A DNA stretch of 64,000 nucleotides from a virus (taxonomy: Duplodnaviria > Caudoviricetes). The stretch covers positions 224,001-288,000 of IMG/VR virus record IMGVR_UViG_3300033555_000001; one strand, written 5' to 3'. Shown one piece after another: positions 36,191-44,552 of the stretch. The position numbers and the translations under genes are program-made. Positions within the stretch are counted from its first letter, which is position 1. Every line of letters starts with the position of its first letter. The notes under the pieces were generated by a model. It did not search any database, was not told where the DNA came from, and was given only the letters and a program-made list of their open reading frames with translations.

Positions 36191-36646
36191 CACCAGTTAC
36201 AAATTAATTATTTTCCCTCTTCATCCTGTGTTATTATGTCTCATACACCAGCGTGAGACATAATAACTCCAAAGGAAAACATGCAAACGACTATTACTGA
36301 ATACAAAAATAGAACGTGTAGCCGTTGCGCCGGAAAAGGCGTCCTGCCCTCATACCAGCACAACAAAGGCGGCGAATGCTTTCGCTGCGGCGCCACAGGC
36401 GTTGACCCAACAATGCAAGAAACCTCTCGCGAAATGACCGGCGCAGAAATCATTGCGGCTCTCGCAACCGCCGGGTTCCCTGTAATTCGTACCGCAGCGG
36501 AGCCGACCGGAGAGACGTGGCTTGATGCACTTTTCCCTTTTAAAGAATTCACGGCAGACGAAATTGCGGTCGCACGCCAGTTGCTGACGGCAATTTAATT
36601 ATTCTGACGCTCTGGGCCGGCATATCTTGTAACACTCGTTACAAAT
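36166..36646 (+). repeat. about 39-bp imperfect direct repeat (36166-36204, 36609-36646), each with TTGTAAC-N4-GTTACAA
   Basis: GCTCTGGGCCG..ATATCTTGTAACAC..GTTACAAAT twice. Confidence 0.9.
36281..36598 (+). CDS. protein with DnaJ-type zinc-finger motifs
   Basis: CSRCAGKG...CFRCGATG. Confidence 0.75.
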   Translation: MQTTITEYKNRTCSRCAGKGVLPSYQHNKGGECFRCGATGVDPTMQETSREMTGAEIIAALATAGFPVIRTAAEPTGETWLDALFPFKEFTADEIAVARQLLTAI

Positions 36647-36702
36647 ATTTTTTCTAATCCCGCAGTACTGTGTTACTATATCATTTCTAGCAATACGCAG
36701 AG

Positions 36703-36954
36703 ATGATCATGGAAGCATATACATTCAAAAAAGCAGTTGAGCAGCGTCTTCAGAAGTACAGAGACGAAGCAGAAGCCGCCGCCAAATCAGAGTTAAAAGC
36801 TACTGTTCCCGCTGACCTGCACCCGGACATTGGGGTGATTCACCGCGCAGACGGCACCTTTGGATACTATATTCATCTCAACAACCGCATGATACCGGGC
36901 GACGTCAAACATCTTACTGCTCTTTTAAAACTTGCCGGGAAAAATAATGGGTAG
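36703..36954 (+). CDS. hypothetical protein
   Basis: 83-aa ORF. Confidence 0.65.
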   Translation: MIMEAYTFKKAVEQRLQKYRDEAEAAAKSELKATVPADLHPDIGVIHRADGTFGYYIHLNNRMIPGDVKHLTALLKLAGKNNG

Positions 36955-37111
36955 AAAGACCAGATTTTTCGGTGCACTTGTTTTGCTGTTTGCGCTTGAC
37001 ATTATATTGAGACTACTACATTCAACTATAACTGTTGTTGGCACAGGCGGAGAATTCTTATTTTTGGCGTGGCTCATGACGTGGCTTACTGACCGGGACG
37101 GAAAACAATGA
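36947..37111 (+). CDS. small membrane protein (54 aa)
   Basis: Not in the track; two hydrophobic stretches. Confidence 0.5.
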   Translation: MGRKTRFFGALVLLFALDIILRLLHSTITVVGTGGEFLFLAWLMTWLTDRDGKQ

Positions 37112-37170
37112 AATTCTCGCTGACCCCTGACGCACCACCCGCGGAATACTAAACACTACTAACTCAGCCT

Positions 37171-37689
37171 ATGCTAATTTTCTACCGACAAGTTTCGCTG
37201 ATTGAAGGATTTGTGCTCTCTGATCTAGACAAAAACTCTCGAGTCGTTGGTGGCCGAGAAGTTTCACTTGCAGGTGGCATAGCTCTCTTTAACACACTGC
37301 GTAACAGGCCTATCAGCTGTTGGAAGTGCGGGTGTCAGGCGGACCGCTGGGTTGCAACACGATCACCTAAAGATCCATCACGTCCAGTTTTAAATTTATT
37401 TGCGACCAGACGTGGACGGCTAGTAATGATGACCAGAGACCACATCATTCCAAAGAGTTTAGGTGGTATTGACTCAGTACAGAATTTACGGCCGGGCTGT
37501 GAAGTGTGTAATGGCGGACGCGGCTCTAAGATGAACAAGGCTGATAAGAAATTTATGACTGATCACCCAGAGCTAATTAGCGCCGCGAGAGTAGCCAAGG
37601 GATTAGAGAACAAGGCGCGTGCCGAGGCAGCTCTTGCCGAGCAGCAACTTAAAAATTTAAAAAAGAAATTACTCGGAGAAACAAAATGA
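37171..37689 (+). CDS. HNH endonuclease
   Basis: CWKCG, MTRDHIIPKSLGG....NL...CEVCN. Confidence 0.85.
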   Translation: MLIFYRQVSLIEGFVLSDLDKNSRVVGGREVSLAGGIALFNTLRNRPISCWKCGCQADRWVATRSPKDPSRPVLNLFATRRGRLVMMTRDHIIPKSLGGIDSVQNLRPGCEVCNGGRGSKMNKADKKFMTDHPELISAARVAKGLENKARAEAALAEQQLKNLKKKLLGETK

Positions 37690-38981
37690 CTGACGCTGTT
37701 GAAGACCCCTCAAATCTGCGCAAGCTAGTAACGTTCCGAAAAATCTCGGCGCTGCTGCCTATTGACGGGGCTGATGCTATTGAGCTTGCTCAGGTAGATG
37801 GCTGGCAAGTTGTGGTAAAGCGCGGTGAATTTAAACCTGGCGACGCCTGTATCTATTTTGAAATTGATTCATTCCTTCCTGATGGAAATCCAGCCTGGCA
37901 ATTCTTGGTAGATAAACAGCCGCGCATGTTCAATGGCGTCAAGGGCCACAAGCTGCGCACGATCAAGCTGCGCGGAGCGCTGTCCCAAGGATTCCTGCTG
38001 AAGCCAGAAATGCTGCCTGAAATCACGCAACTTGTCGCAGATTCAGAAGCGCTTGGGCTTAACACGCGTGAGTGTGATTTAAGCGCTTTTGTTGGCGTAG
38101 TAAAATTCGAGGCTCCACTGCCAGCATGTCTGCAGGGCACGGCAAAGGGACTGTTCCCATCTTTCCTGCGCAAGACTGATCAGGAGCGGTGCCAGAATCT
38201 TGTAGCTAAAATCTTTGGGTATGAGTCTGTAAAATACAGCCCATGTGATTGGATCAGTGTTGAAACTGCGCTGCCCGCAATTGGACAAGTCATTTCCCTC
38301 AAGGGGCCAGTTGATTTACCTGATTTCTATTCAACTTATACTGGCGATGAGCAGCTGATGACACACTGGAAGCCAGTTGAAATCAGACCGCCGTTCTCAA
38401 GCCCAACTGATGTTTACGAGCGCTCGCTAAAACTAGACGGTTCGAGCATGACCGCCTACGTCAGAGAGGTGGACGGTGTAGTTGAAACTGGCGTGTGCTC
38501 CAGAAATCTGGAACTGAAAATTAGTGAAGAGAATAAAGACAATTCATTCATTCGTGCGTTCTTTGATCTTGGTATTCAAGCCGCGCTCTTGGAGTGCATG
38601 CGCCGCACTGGCTATGCGATTGCACTGCAGGGTGAACTAATGGGTCCTGGAATTCAGGGTAATCGTGAGGGTTTTAGCACGCACCAATTCTTTTTGTTTG
38701 ACATTTATTTGATCAATGATGGGCGGTACATGACCCCGGTGGAGCGCACCACGGTGCTTGCAGCACTACAGGAAGTATCACCGCTGATTCTGCATACTCC
38801 AATCTTGGGGGTTGGCACACTAGCCGAGATGAACATTGCAAGTGTCAGAGATTTACTGGCCGCAGCAAAGGGGAGTTCAATCGCGCATAAAATTCGCGAG
38901 GGCGATGTGTACAAACGGATGGATGGCCAGTTCTCGTTTAAGGCGATTAATAACGACTTTTTGGCAAAAGAGGCAGACTAA
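37686..38981 (+). CDS. RNA ligase (Rnl2/DRB0094-like)
   Basis: PIDGADAIE N-domain, KTDQERCQNL, KLDGSS, LQGELMGPGIQGN, REG.VYK, FKAINNDFL. Confidence 0.9.
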   Translation: MTDAVEDPSNLRKLVTFRKISALLPIDGADAIELAQVDGWQVVVKRGEFKPGDACIYFEIDSFLPDGNPAWQFLVDKQPRMFNGVKGHKLRTIKLRGALSQGFLLKPEMLPEITQLVADSEALGLNTRECDLSAFVGVVKFEAPLPACLQGTAKGLFPSFLRKTDQERCQNLVAKIFGYESVKYSPCDWISVETALPAIGQVISLKGPVDLPDFYSTYTGDEQLMTHWKPVEIRPPFSSPTDVYERSLKLDGSSMTAYVREVDGVVETGVCSRNLELKISEENKDNSFIRAFFDLGIQAALLECMRRTGYAIALQGELMGPGIQGNREGFSTHQFFLFDIYLINDGRYMTPVERTTVLAALQEVSPLILHTPILGVGTLAEMNIASVRDLLAAAKGSSIAHKIREGDVYKRMDGQFSFKAINNDFLAKEAD

Positions 38982-39220
38982 TGTACACATATACAAAATT
39001 CAATGCGCCGCCCGTCCCACCAGACACTTTCTTCACAGCTGAAGATCAACTAGCAGGTTTGGCATCACTTCCAGGATTTATATTTGGTTGTGTGGAAGAA
39101 GACAGGTGTATAGTGTTTAATAAATTTTTAAGTACTGATGTAGATCCTGATAACCTTCCACCAGGTATGAGTATCGTGAATTCAATTTTTACGCGAAATT
39201 CAGCGCGGCGTCAGTACTAG
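38981..39220 (+). CDS. hypothetical protein, paralog of 39295-39525
   Basis: AEDQLAGL..LPGFI.G.VE..RC. Confidence 0.7.
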   Translation: MYTYTKFNAPPVPPDTFFTAEDQLAGLASLPGFIFGCVEEDRCIVFNKFLSTDVDPDNLPPGMSIVNSIFTRNSARRQY

Positions 39221-39294
39221 ATACTGTTTTGATTGATACAGATCCGAACAATTTCCATCGATAAGCGTATCAGAATTATTTTAGAGGCAGACTA

Positions 39295-39525
39295 ATGATT
39301 ACCGTTAAATTTGTCAGTGCGCCATTTGAAGATCAAGGCTTTTTTGAAGATCCAAACTTTATGGCAGAGGATCAACTTGCTGGACTGGAGTGCATGCCCG
39401 GTTTTATCATGGGCTATGTTGAAGGCAACCGCTGTGTTTCTTACTTTGAACTGGAGTTCACGCAAGATACACCGCTGCCTGTTGGGATCACTCATGTAAA
39501 CTTAGTTTTTGGAGGGCGACAATGA
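39295..39525 (+). CDS. hypothetical protein, paralog of 38981-39220
   Basis: AEDQLAGL..MPGFI.G.VE..RC. Confidence 0.7.
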   Translation: MITVKFVSAPFEDQGFFEDPNFMAEDQLAGLECMPGFIMGYVEGNRCVSYFELEFTQDTPLPVGITHVNLVFGGRQ

Positions 39526-39860
39526 TTACCGCACAAGAAGCAAAAAGTATTGTTACTACTTCAAGGGGCCGCGTAGATATGTACATGGCCGAAATTGAAT
39601 ATCAAATTAGAAACGCTGCAGAGGCCGGGCAATCTTCAGTGGCGTTTCATCCAAAGATTGCAAATGAAGAGCTGTCTAAGGCCAGGGATCATGCACCAAA
39701 ACAATCAGCACTACAGAACTTACTGATAGAGAAATTAGTAGGCTGCGGATTTAACGCTAAAGTCCAAGCTAATGGTGACGAGTACGTTCCGCGGAGTCTA
39801 GCGGATGAGGATGGCAATGGTCCCCGCTATAGAAATTACAGTATCGTTATTCGTTGGTAA
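39522..39860 (+). CDS. hypothetical protein
   Basis: GGAGG RBS; MITAQEAK start. Confidence 0.75.
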   Translation: MITAQEAKSIVTTSRGRVDMYMAEIEYQIRNAAEAGQSSVAFHPKIANEELSKARDHAPKQSALQNLLIEKLVGCGFNAKVQANGDEYVPRSLADEDGNGPRYRNYSIVIRW

Positions 39861-39861
39861 C

Positions 39862-39932
39862 TGTAACGAGAAACCGTTACACTCTTTTTGAACTTGATCC
39901 CGAAGAAGGGTGTATAATCATCTCATCGACTA
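39862..39932 (+). promoter_or_regulatory. early-type promoter
   Basis: TGTAAC...GTTACA, TATAAT 39913-18, CATCGACT. Confidence 0.65.
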
Positions 39933-39950
39933 CACTTACGGGATTTAATC

Positions 39951-40232
39951 ATGCTGCATACTGCTCAACCAGGCGTCAAATTTAACTTTAGCGCCAGCGA
40001 TTGGGGTATTGATAAAGTCATTCAGCACCCCACAGCTAACTGTAAGTACCAGGAACTAGAGGCAGTACAAATAGCGCGAGCGCTTAACACAGCACTGGCC
40101 GCTGAAATTAATCTTGGCGTTAGATCGCCGGCGGCTGTTGAAGAAGTAATGACGGTTGTGTTAAAATCATTCTTTGTACACAGACCACCCGTGCTGCAGT
40201 TCCTGAAAAAAGTGTTAAGCGCCTCTTATTAA
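39951..40232 (+). CDS. hypothetical protein
   Basis: ORF after the promoter. Confidence 0.65.
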   Translation: MLHTAQPGVKFNFSASDWGIDKVIQHPTANCKYQELEAVQIARALNTALAAEINLGVRSPAAVEEVMTVVLKSFFVHRPPVLQFLKKVLSASY

Positions 40233-40247
40233 TTTACTGGTGAAACC

Positions 40248-40508
40248 ATGTCAATAGTTAAGAAAACTCCGAGCAAAATTGTTATTGATCTTGATGGGCC
40301 AATTGGTAATGCTTATGCACTGCTTGGAAATGCGGCCGAGTTTGCAAGGCAGTCAGGGTACAGCAAAGAAAAAATAGATAAGATGATTGTTGATATGCAA
40401 TCCGCGGACTACGAACATTTAGTTCAGGTTTTTGACAAGCACTTTGGTCATGTTGTTACACTGCTGTATTCTGGCAATCTAGGAGGAACAAATGATTTGG
40501 ATGCCTAA
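40248..40508 (+). CDS. hypothetical protein
   Basis: IDLDGPIGNAYALLG phage-type motif. Confidence 0.7.
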   Translation: MSIVKKTPSKIVIDLDGPIGNAYALLGNAAEFARQSGYSKEKIDKMIVDMQSADYEHLVQVFDKHFGHVVTLLYSGNLGGTNDLDA

Positions 40509-40704
40509 CAAGCCCGCAGTTGACGAGGCAAAACGCGAGAAGTTACTGACAGAGCGTGCAGCCCTTGAGGAAGACATTTTAGATCTGCGTGACCAACCAA
40601 TTGGCCGCTCTAACGCCGCAGTTGTTGGCCGCCAGGAAGATCTGATTGCACTTGCGAAAAAGATTAAAATCATTGATCGCAAACTTGGTAGGAGTACAGA
40701 GTGA
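40492..40704 (+). CDS. hypothetical protein
   Basis: GGAGG RBS, coiled-coil-like. Confidence 0.65.
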   Translation: MIWMPNKPAVDEAKREKLLTERAALEEDILDLRDQPIGRSNAAVVGRQEDLIALAKKIKIIDRKLGRSTE

Positions 40705-41081
40705 AATTATCATCACGCGGCGAAGCCACAATTTTTGAACTGTTTCCAGCGCCAGATGATATGCTGTCAGTTCATGATCGCGCAGTTGTTGAGGCCGAGG
40801 CTGCAGCACTGGCTGAAGAACTAAAGCGGTATATGTCAGCAGCAGAACTTTCGGCAATCAAAGCAAGTACTGGTAATTTTGCACCTGAACTCCGGCACTT
40901 GGCTCGTGATATTCGAACTGAGTTTGAGCTTTGGGATCCTGATCACCACGTGACTGCAATTTGGAGACGCTCGCCCGCCACGTTTTTCCTGGGTTTAATA
41001 GAAGCCGAGTGTGATAACCACCCGTGCCATCCAGATAACTTCAGCGCGTACGTGATCACAAAACTACAGGGCATGTTGTAA
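40701..41081 (+). CDS. hypothetical protein
   Basis: GTG start, AGGAG RBS. Confidence 0.7.
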   Translation: MKLSSRGEATIFELFPAPDDMLSVHDRAVVEAEAAALAEELKRYMSAAELSAIKASTGNFAPELRHLARDIRTEFELWDPDHHVTAIWRRSPATFFLGLIEAECDNHPCHPDNFSAYVITKLQGML

Positions 41082-41155
41082 CACGTGTGATCCTGTTTAT
41101 TCTACCGGCGCGCTGCAGGAGGCGTTACAATAGAAGTTATTAACGGGAGAACACA

Positions 41156-41482
41156 ATGCAAAAACAGCGTGGAATGATTCTAATTGTAGTCTGCACAGCC
41201 GCGCTGTTGGTAACACTGGTATTTGGTATTTCAATTGTCTCGTACCTGAGCGCTGCGAACTATGGTGATCGCACGGAGCAGGCAATTAAAGCCGCGGAGT
41301 TTAACAGCAATCAACCGCAATTGCTAGACCAGCAGCAGGCCTATCAGACTGCACTCAACAGTGTATGGCAAGGTTTCTGGCTCAGACTTGCTGGCTATCC
41401 TAAGATTAACACTGCAAGCACAGACACAACTATTGACACGTTTAAGGCCAAGCGTGATACTGGTATTCAACCGGCGAACTAG
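41156..41482 (+). CDS. membrane-anchored LemA-like protein, apparently internally shortened
   Basis: N-terminal TM, SAANYG.RTEQ, FWLRLAGYP. Confidence 0.45.
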   Translation: MQKQRGMILIVVCTAALLVTLVFGISIVSYLSAANYGDRTEQAIKAAEFNSNQPQLLDQQQAYQTALNSVWQGFWLRLAGYPKINTASTDTTIDTFKAKRDTGIQPAN

Positions 41483-41490
41483 GAGCTAAT

Positions 41491-41733
41491 ATGATACGCG
41501 TTAAAATTATTACCGCTGAGGAAAAATTCCACCGCACGGTGCTGGAGTTACCTCAAGTTCCTCATCGTGGGGACTATATCTCCTTGCGAACTGCAAACAC
41601 AGTAGACGAAGAAGGCAGAGACATAGAGGAGCTAACAATGTTTACCGTTGACAGCGTTACTTATAACTACTCAGGTCACTCCGGCACACGTCAGTTTTTC
41701 AGCGGTGTTGAAATGGTACTCATTAAGGTTTAA
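41491..41733 (+). CDS. hypothetical protein
   Basis: AGGAG RBS. Confidence 0.7.
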   Translation: MIRVKIITAEEKFHRTVLELPQVPHRGDYISLRTANTVDEEGRDIEELTMFTVDSVTYNYSGHSGTRQFFSGVEMVLIKV

Positions 41734-41739
41734 GGTATT

Positions 41740-41871
41740 ATGAAACAGCACCAGTATTTTGGATTACTTAGTTCAATCTATGTAGCTAATATTTTTGGGC
41801 CGACGGTATCCGTGGTGGCTGCCGGAATATTTGCTCTTATTTCCTTTTATTTTATGCACAAAGATCTATGA
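41740..41871 (+). CDS. small membrane protein (43 aa)
   Basis: Not in the track; AAGG RBS, ATGA overlap with the next gene. Confidence 0.5.
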   Translation: MKQHQYFGLLSSIYVANIFGPTVSVVAAGIFALISFYFMHKDL

Positions 41872-42650
41872 ATATTACTCGAGATAGCACCACGTATATT
41901 GACAGAATAACGGCGCACTGGTACCGAACTATTAATACAGCCCGCTGTGGCGGAGCTACTGCAATTCAACTGCAGTGTCTTGAAAGCCTGTCATCAGAGT
42001 TTGGTGCTCACTCGGGCATGATGCTGCGTGACGAATGCTTTTGGACAACAGCGGTAGACAAAGACGGTGATGTGCTGTTAACATTTCCTGAATCCTTTTT
42101 CTTACTAGATGGTTCAGTAACCAGCGGCAGCCCGACCCAGCAAATACAAATCGACTACATGGGGGTTTTAACTTCTTTAGATCTAGTAACAAAGCACATC
42201 ACCGTGTACAACCCTCGTGGCCAAAAAGAAGATGCTGAATTTAAAAACTACGAGCCACTCTGGGTGCTGTACAGCAGTGAGTTTAAACGATTCACGCAGC
42301 CCAGTATGCTCTTTCAATATTCACCAAGAATCGGTGATAAAGGAGGATACAACCTTACACTGCAAAACGGTGGCAACTCCTATGAACCATGCTTAATTGG
42401 GCCCATCACTGCAAAAGCTAAAGACTTTTCGTGTGACTTTGAAGTGCTGTCCGAGACAGTGATCAGGTACGAAGGTGAACTATATTCATATTCATTTGTT
42501 GCACGAGACCCAGTTACCGATGCGGCCGTGTACAGCCTGCAATGGCTGTCGGTGGCAAAAGTTGCTGGGCTGCGTCTTGTAAAGTATTTTACTGGCCGAC
42601 CGCTGCAGGCCAGACCGGGTAAAACACACTTTATCCATGCCGTACTGTAA
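41868..42650 (+). CDS. hypothetical protein
   Basis: 260-aa ORF. Confidence 0.7.
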   Translation: MNITRDSTTYIDRITAHWYRTINTARCGGATAIQLQCLESLSSEFGAHSGMMLRDECFWTTAVDKDGDVLLTFPESFFLLDGSVTSGSPTQQIQIDYMGVLTSLDLVTKHITVYNPRGQKEDAEFKNYEPLWVLYSSEFKRFTQPSMLFQYSPRIGDKGGYNLTLQNGGNSYEPCLIGPITAKAKDFSCDFEVLSETVIRYEGELYSYSFVARDPVTDAAVYSLQWLSVAKVAGLRLVKYFTGRPLQARPGKTHFIHAVL

Positions 42651-42720
42651 CGTTACAATTTGACCGTTACACTTTAATCTACACTTATCTCAGGTTCATG
42701 ATAGAATAACTCATCGACTA
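42646..42720 (+). promoter_or_regulatory. early-type promoter
   Basis: TGTAACGTTACA + GTTACA, TCTCAGG, TAGAAT 42702-07, CATCGACT. Confidence 0.7.
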
Positions 42721-42735
42721 AATGCTGAGGATTAT

Positions 42736-42813
42736 ATGGGATACGTTGTTGGAATGTTGATTATTCTCTTTGTTGGAATTGTTTGGTCAGTCATTTACGA
42801 TTTGAGCGAGTAA
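42736..42813 (+). CDS. small membrane peptide (25 aa)
   Basis: Not in the track; GAGGA RBS; single TM. Confidence 0.5.
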   Translation: MGYVVGMLIILFVGIVWSVIYDLSE

Positions 42814-42815
42814 CC

Positions 42816-42986
42816 ATGAACATTATTGTTAAAATTCTGATGGAGCGAGATGAGTTAACTCTTGCTGAGGCGCAAGAAGAATTTCAAGCCGCGGTAGATC
42901 GTGTCTCTGAAGGCGAAGACCCAGAAGAAGTGCTCCATGATCTGGGTCTAGAGCCAGACTATTTCTTTGACCTTATTCCACTCTAA
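42816..42986 (+). CDS. hypothetical protein
   Basis: ATG 42816; GLEPDY..DL phage motif. Confidence 0.7.
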   Translation: MNIIVKILMERDELTLAEAQEEFQAAVDRVSEGEDPEEVLHDLGLEPDYFFDLIPL

Positions 42987-43143
42987 GAAAATCATGAACA
43001 CTATCAGAACAGTTGGTGATCTAGTAAGAGCACTGTGAGTGCGAAGTAGGAATAGATCGTGAGCGAGCTAGCAACGTGTACCAGAACATTCGCATTGCGA
43101 CACGTGTCGGTTATTAAAGTTCTTCTGAACCTAGAGGCAGAAA

Positions 43144-43359
43144 ATGATTAATGAAAACCTATTAACGTTTAGCGAAATTGAAGAAGCAATTTTGCGAGGC
43201 GAATATTTTGGTCGAGTAATCCCGCTGTTCAGAGACATGAAGGCCGCCGCACACGCGTTTTTTTGTGAACAGCAATTAAGTTCTGAGGAGACAAAACAAG
43301 CAATCACCCAATGCGGTGCATGTGAAGGTTCTCCATTGGAGAAAATAATCCGTGCATAA
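43144..43359 (+). CDS. hypothetical protein
   Basis: GAGG RBS. Confidence 0.55.
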   Translation: MINENLLTFSEIEEAILRGEYFGRVIPLFRDMKAAAHAFFCEQQLSSEETKQAITQCGACEGSPLEKIIRA

Positions 43360-43517
43360 TATGCGGTGGGTTAATGAGCGCAGAAGAATATAGTCTGCAC
43401 CTTAAATCTGGTATGTAATTTCAGGTTGAAAGAACAATATGTGTACCTGATCCCTCTTTCAGGTTATAATGATTTTAGAGCACAAACTTTTTGTTTACAA
43501 ACTTTATTGGAGTATCT

Positions 43518-44141
43518 ATGTCTAAAATTCTTTATGTATCATCTTCAGTTCAAGCAGCGCTCATGACCACGGTTTTTATTCCTGAGCTGATTGATGGATT
43601 CTGGAAGAATCATCGTCCAGCCGGCCACGGTGAAGTATGGCGCGACGTTGAAGTCAAAGTATCTGAAAACGGTTTGCTCGGCCCTGTTGGCTTTGATGCA
43701 CCACGTAATTACAACTTCTTGAATCTTGATTTTGCGCTGCCAAATGAAGCGCGCTTGGTTGCTGCCGCTCAAACAGCAAAACCAAATTCTAACTTTAAGT
43801 CAGTAAAGAAAGAGCTTATTGAGCTTGGTCGAATTGTAGGCGCTCGCCTGGCCAATCGTGACTCGCTGCCAGTAAAGCTCTTTCGCGGTAATCACAAAGA
43901 GGGTACTGTTACAGTATCATCGGCAAAAGCGCGTCAGGCAACTGATGCAATGATCAAAGCCGGTTCCTCAACAGTAATTTTTACAAGCGTTGTTACTCCA
44001 ATTACAAGTGAGCGCAAAACCGCGGTAAAGAAGACGGTAAGTCGCACACCACAGGCGACTGATGTAGTTAAGCCAAAACAAGGTGAAGTCACAGTTACAA
44101 AAACTGCAGCTGGAGCCACTGTTCGGCGGGTAGCTGTATAA
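43518..44141 (+). CDS. hypothetical protein
   Basis: ATG 43518 with GGAG RBS; promoter TCAGG-TATAAT 43458-43470. Confidence 0.75.
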   Translation: MSKILYVSSSVQAALMTTVFIPELIDGFWKNHRPAGHGEVWRDVEVKVSENGLLGPVGFDAPRNYNFLNLDFALPNEARLVAAAQTAKPNSNFKSVKKELIELGRIVGARLANRDSLPVKLFRGNHKEGTVTVSSAKARQATDAMIKAGSSTVIFTSVVTPITSERKTAVKKTVSRTPQATDVVKPKQGEVTVTKTAAGATVRRVAV

Positions 44142-44177
44142 CTCAAAGCAAACCTAACGCGCAATCAAGGGAATATT

Positions 44178-44453
44178 ATGGGCTGCTATATTAATCTAGG
44201 GCTTGCGGCTAAAGAATTATTTCTGGTTGCGCGTGGTCAGCGAGTATCGGCGGATGACGCATTTATAACAACAGATTCTTTGCCCGTGTGTTTGATTAAT
44301 AACGGGCCGTTTACCTCGGCTGCAGTTGCATATAATGACAGTGAGCTGGCTGCGTTTAAGCGCGCCGATGGCCGAGAAAAAACTTGGTTTATGGTAAGCA
44401 AAGATGATTTGTATGATGTCTGTGATTTGGCTGATTACAATTATTACGAATAA
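44178..44453 (+). CDS. hypothetical protein
   Basis: AAGGG RBS. Confidence 0.7.
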   Translation: MGCYINLGLAAKELFLVARGQRVSADDAFITTDSLPVCLINNGPFTSAAVAYNDSELAAFKRADGREKTWFMVSKDDLYDVCDLADYNYYE

Positions 44454-44552
44454 TTAGTTCTGCTGTTCAGCGCCGGAAATGATAAATAATAGATAACAAC
44501 CCGCCAGAGCGATAGACGCTCTGCGCAACACCCGCCCAACGAGGAGCTCGTA

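Noticed and set aside
42994-43038. Short ORF MNTIRTVGDLVRAL as a TGA-readthrough gene
   Set aside because: Further stops follow within a few codons and no opal suppressor is present; probably a gene remnant.
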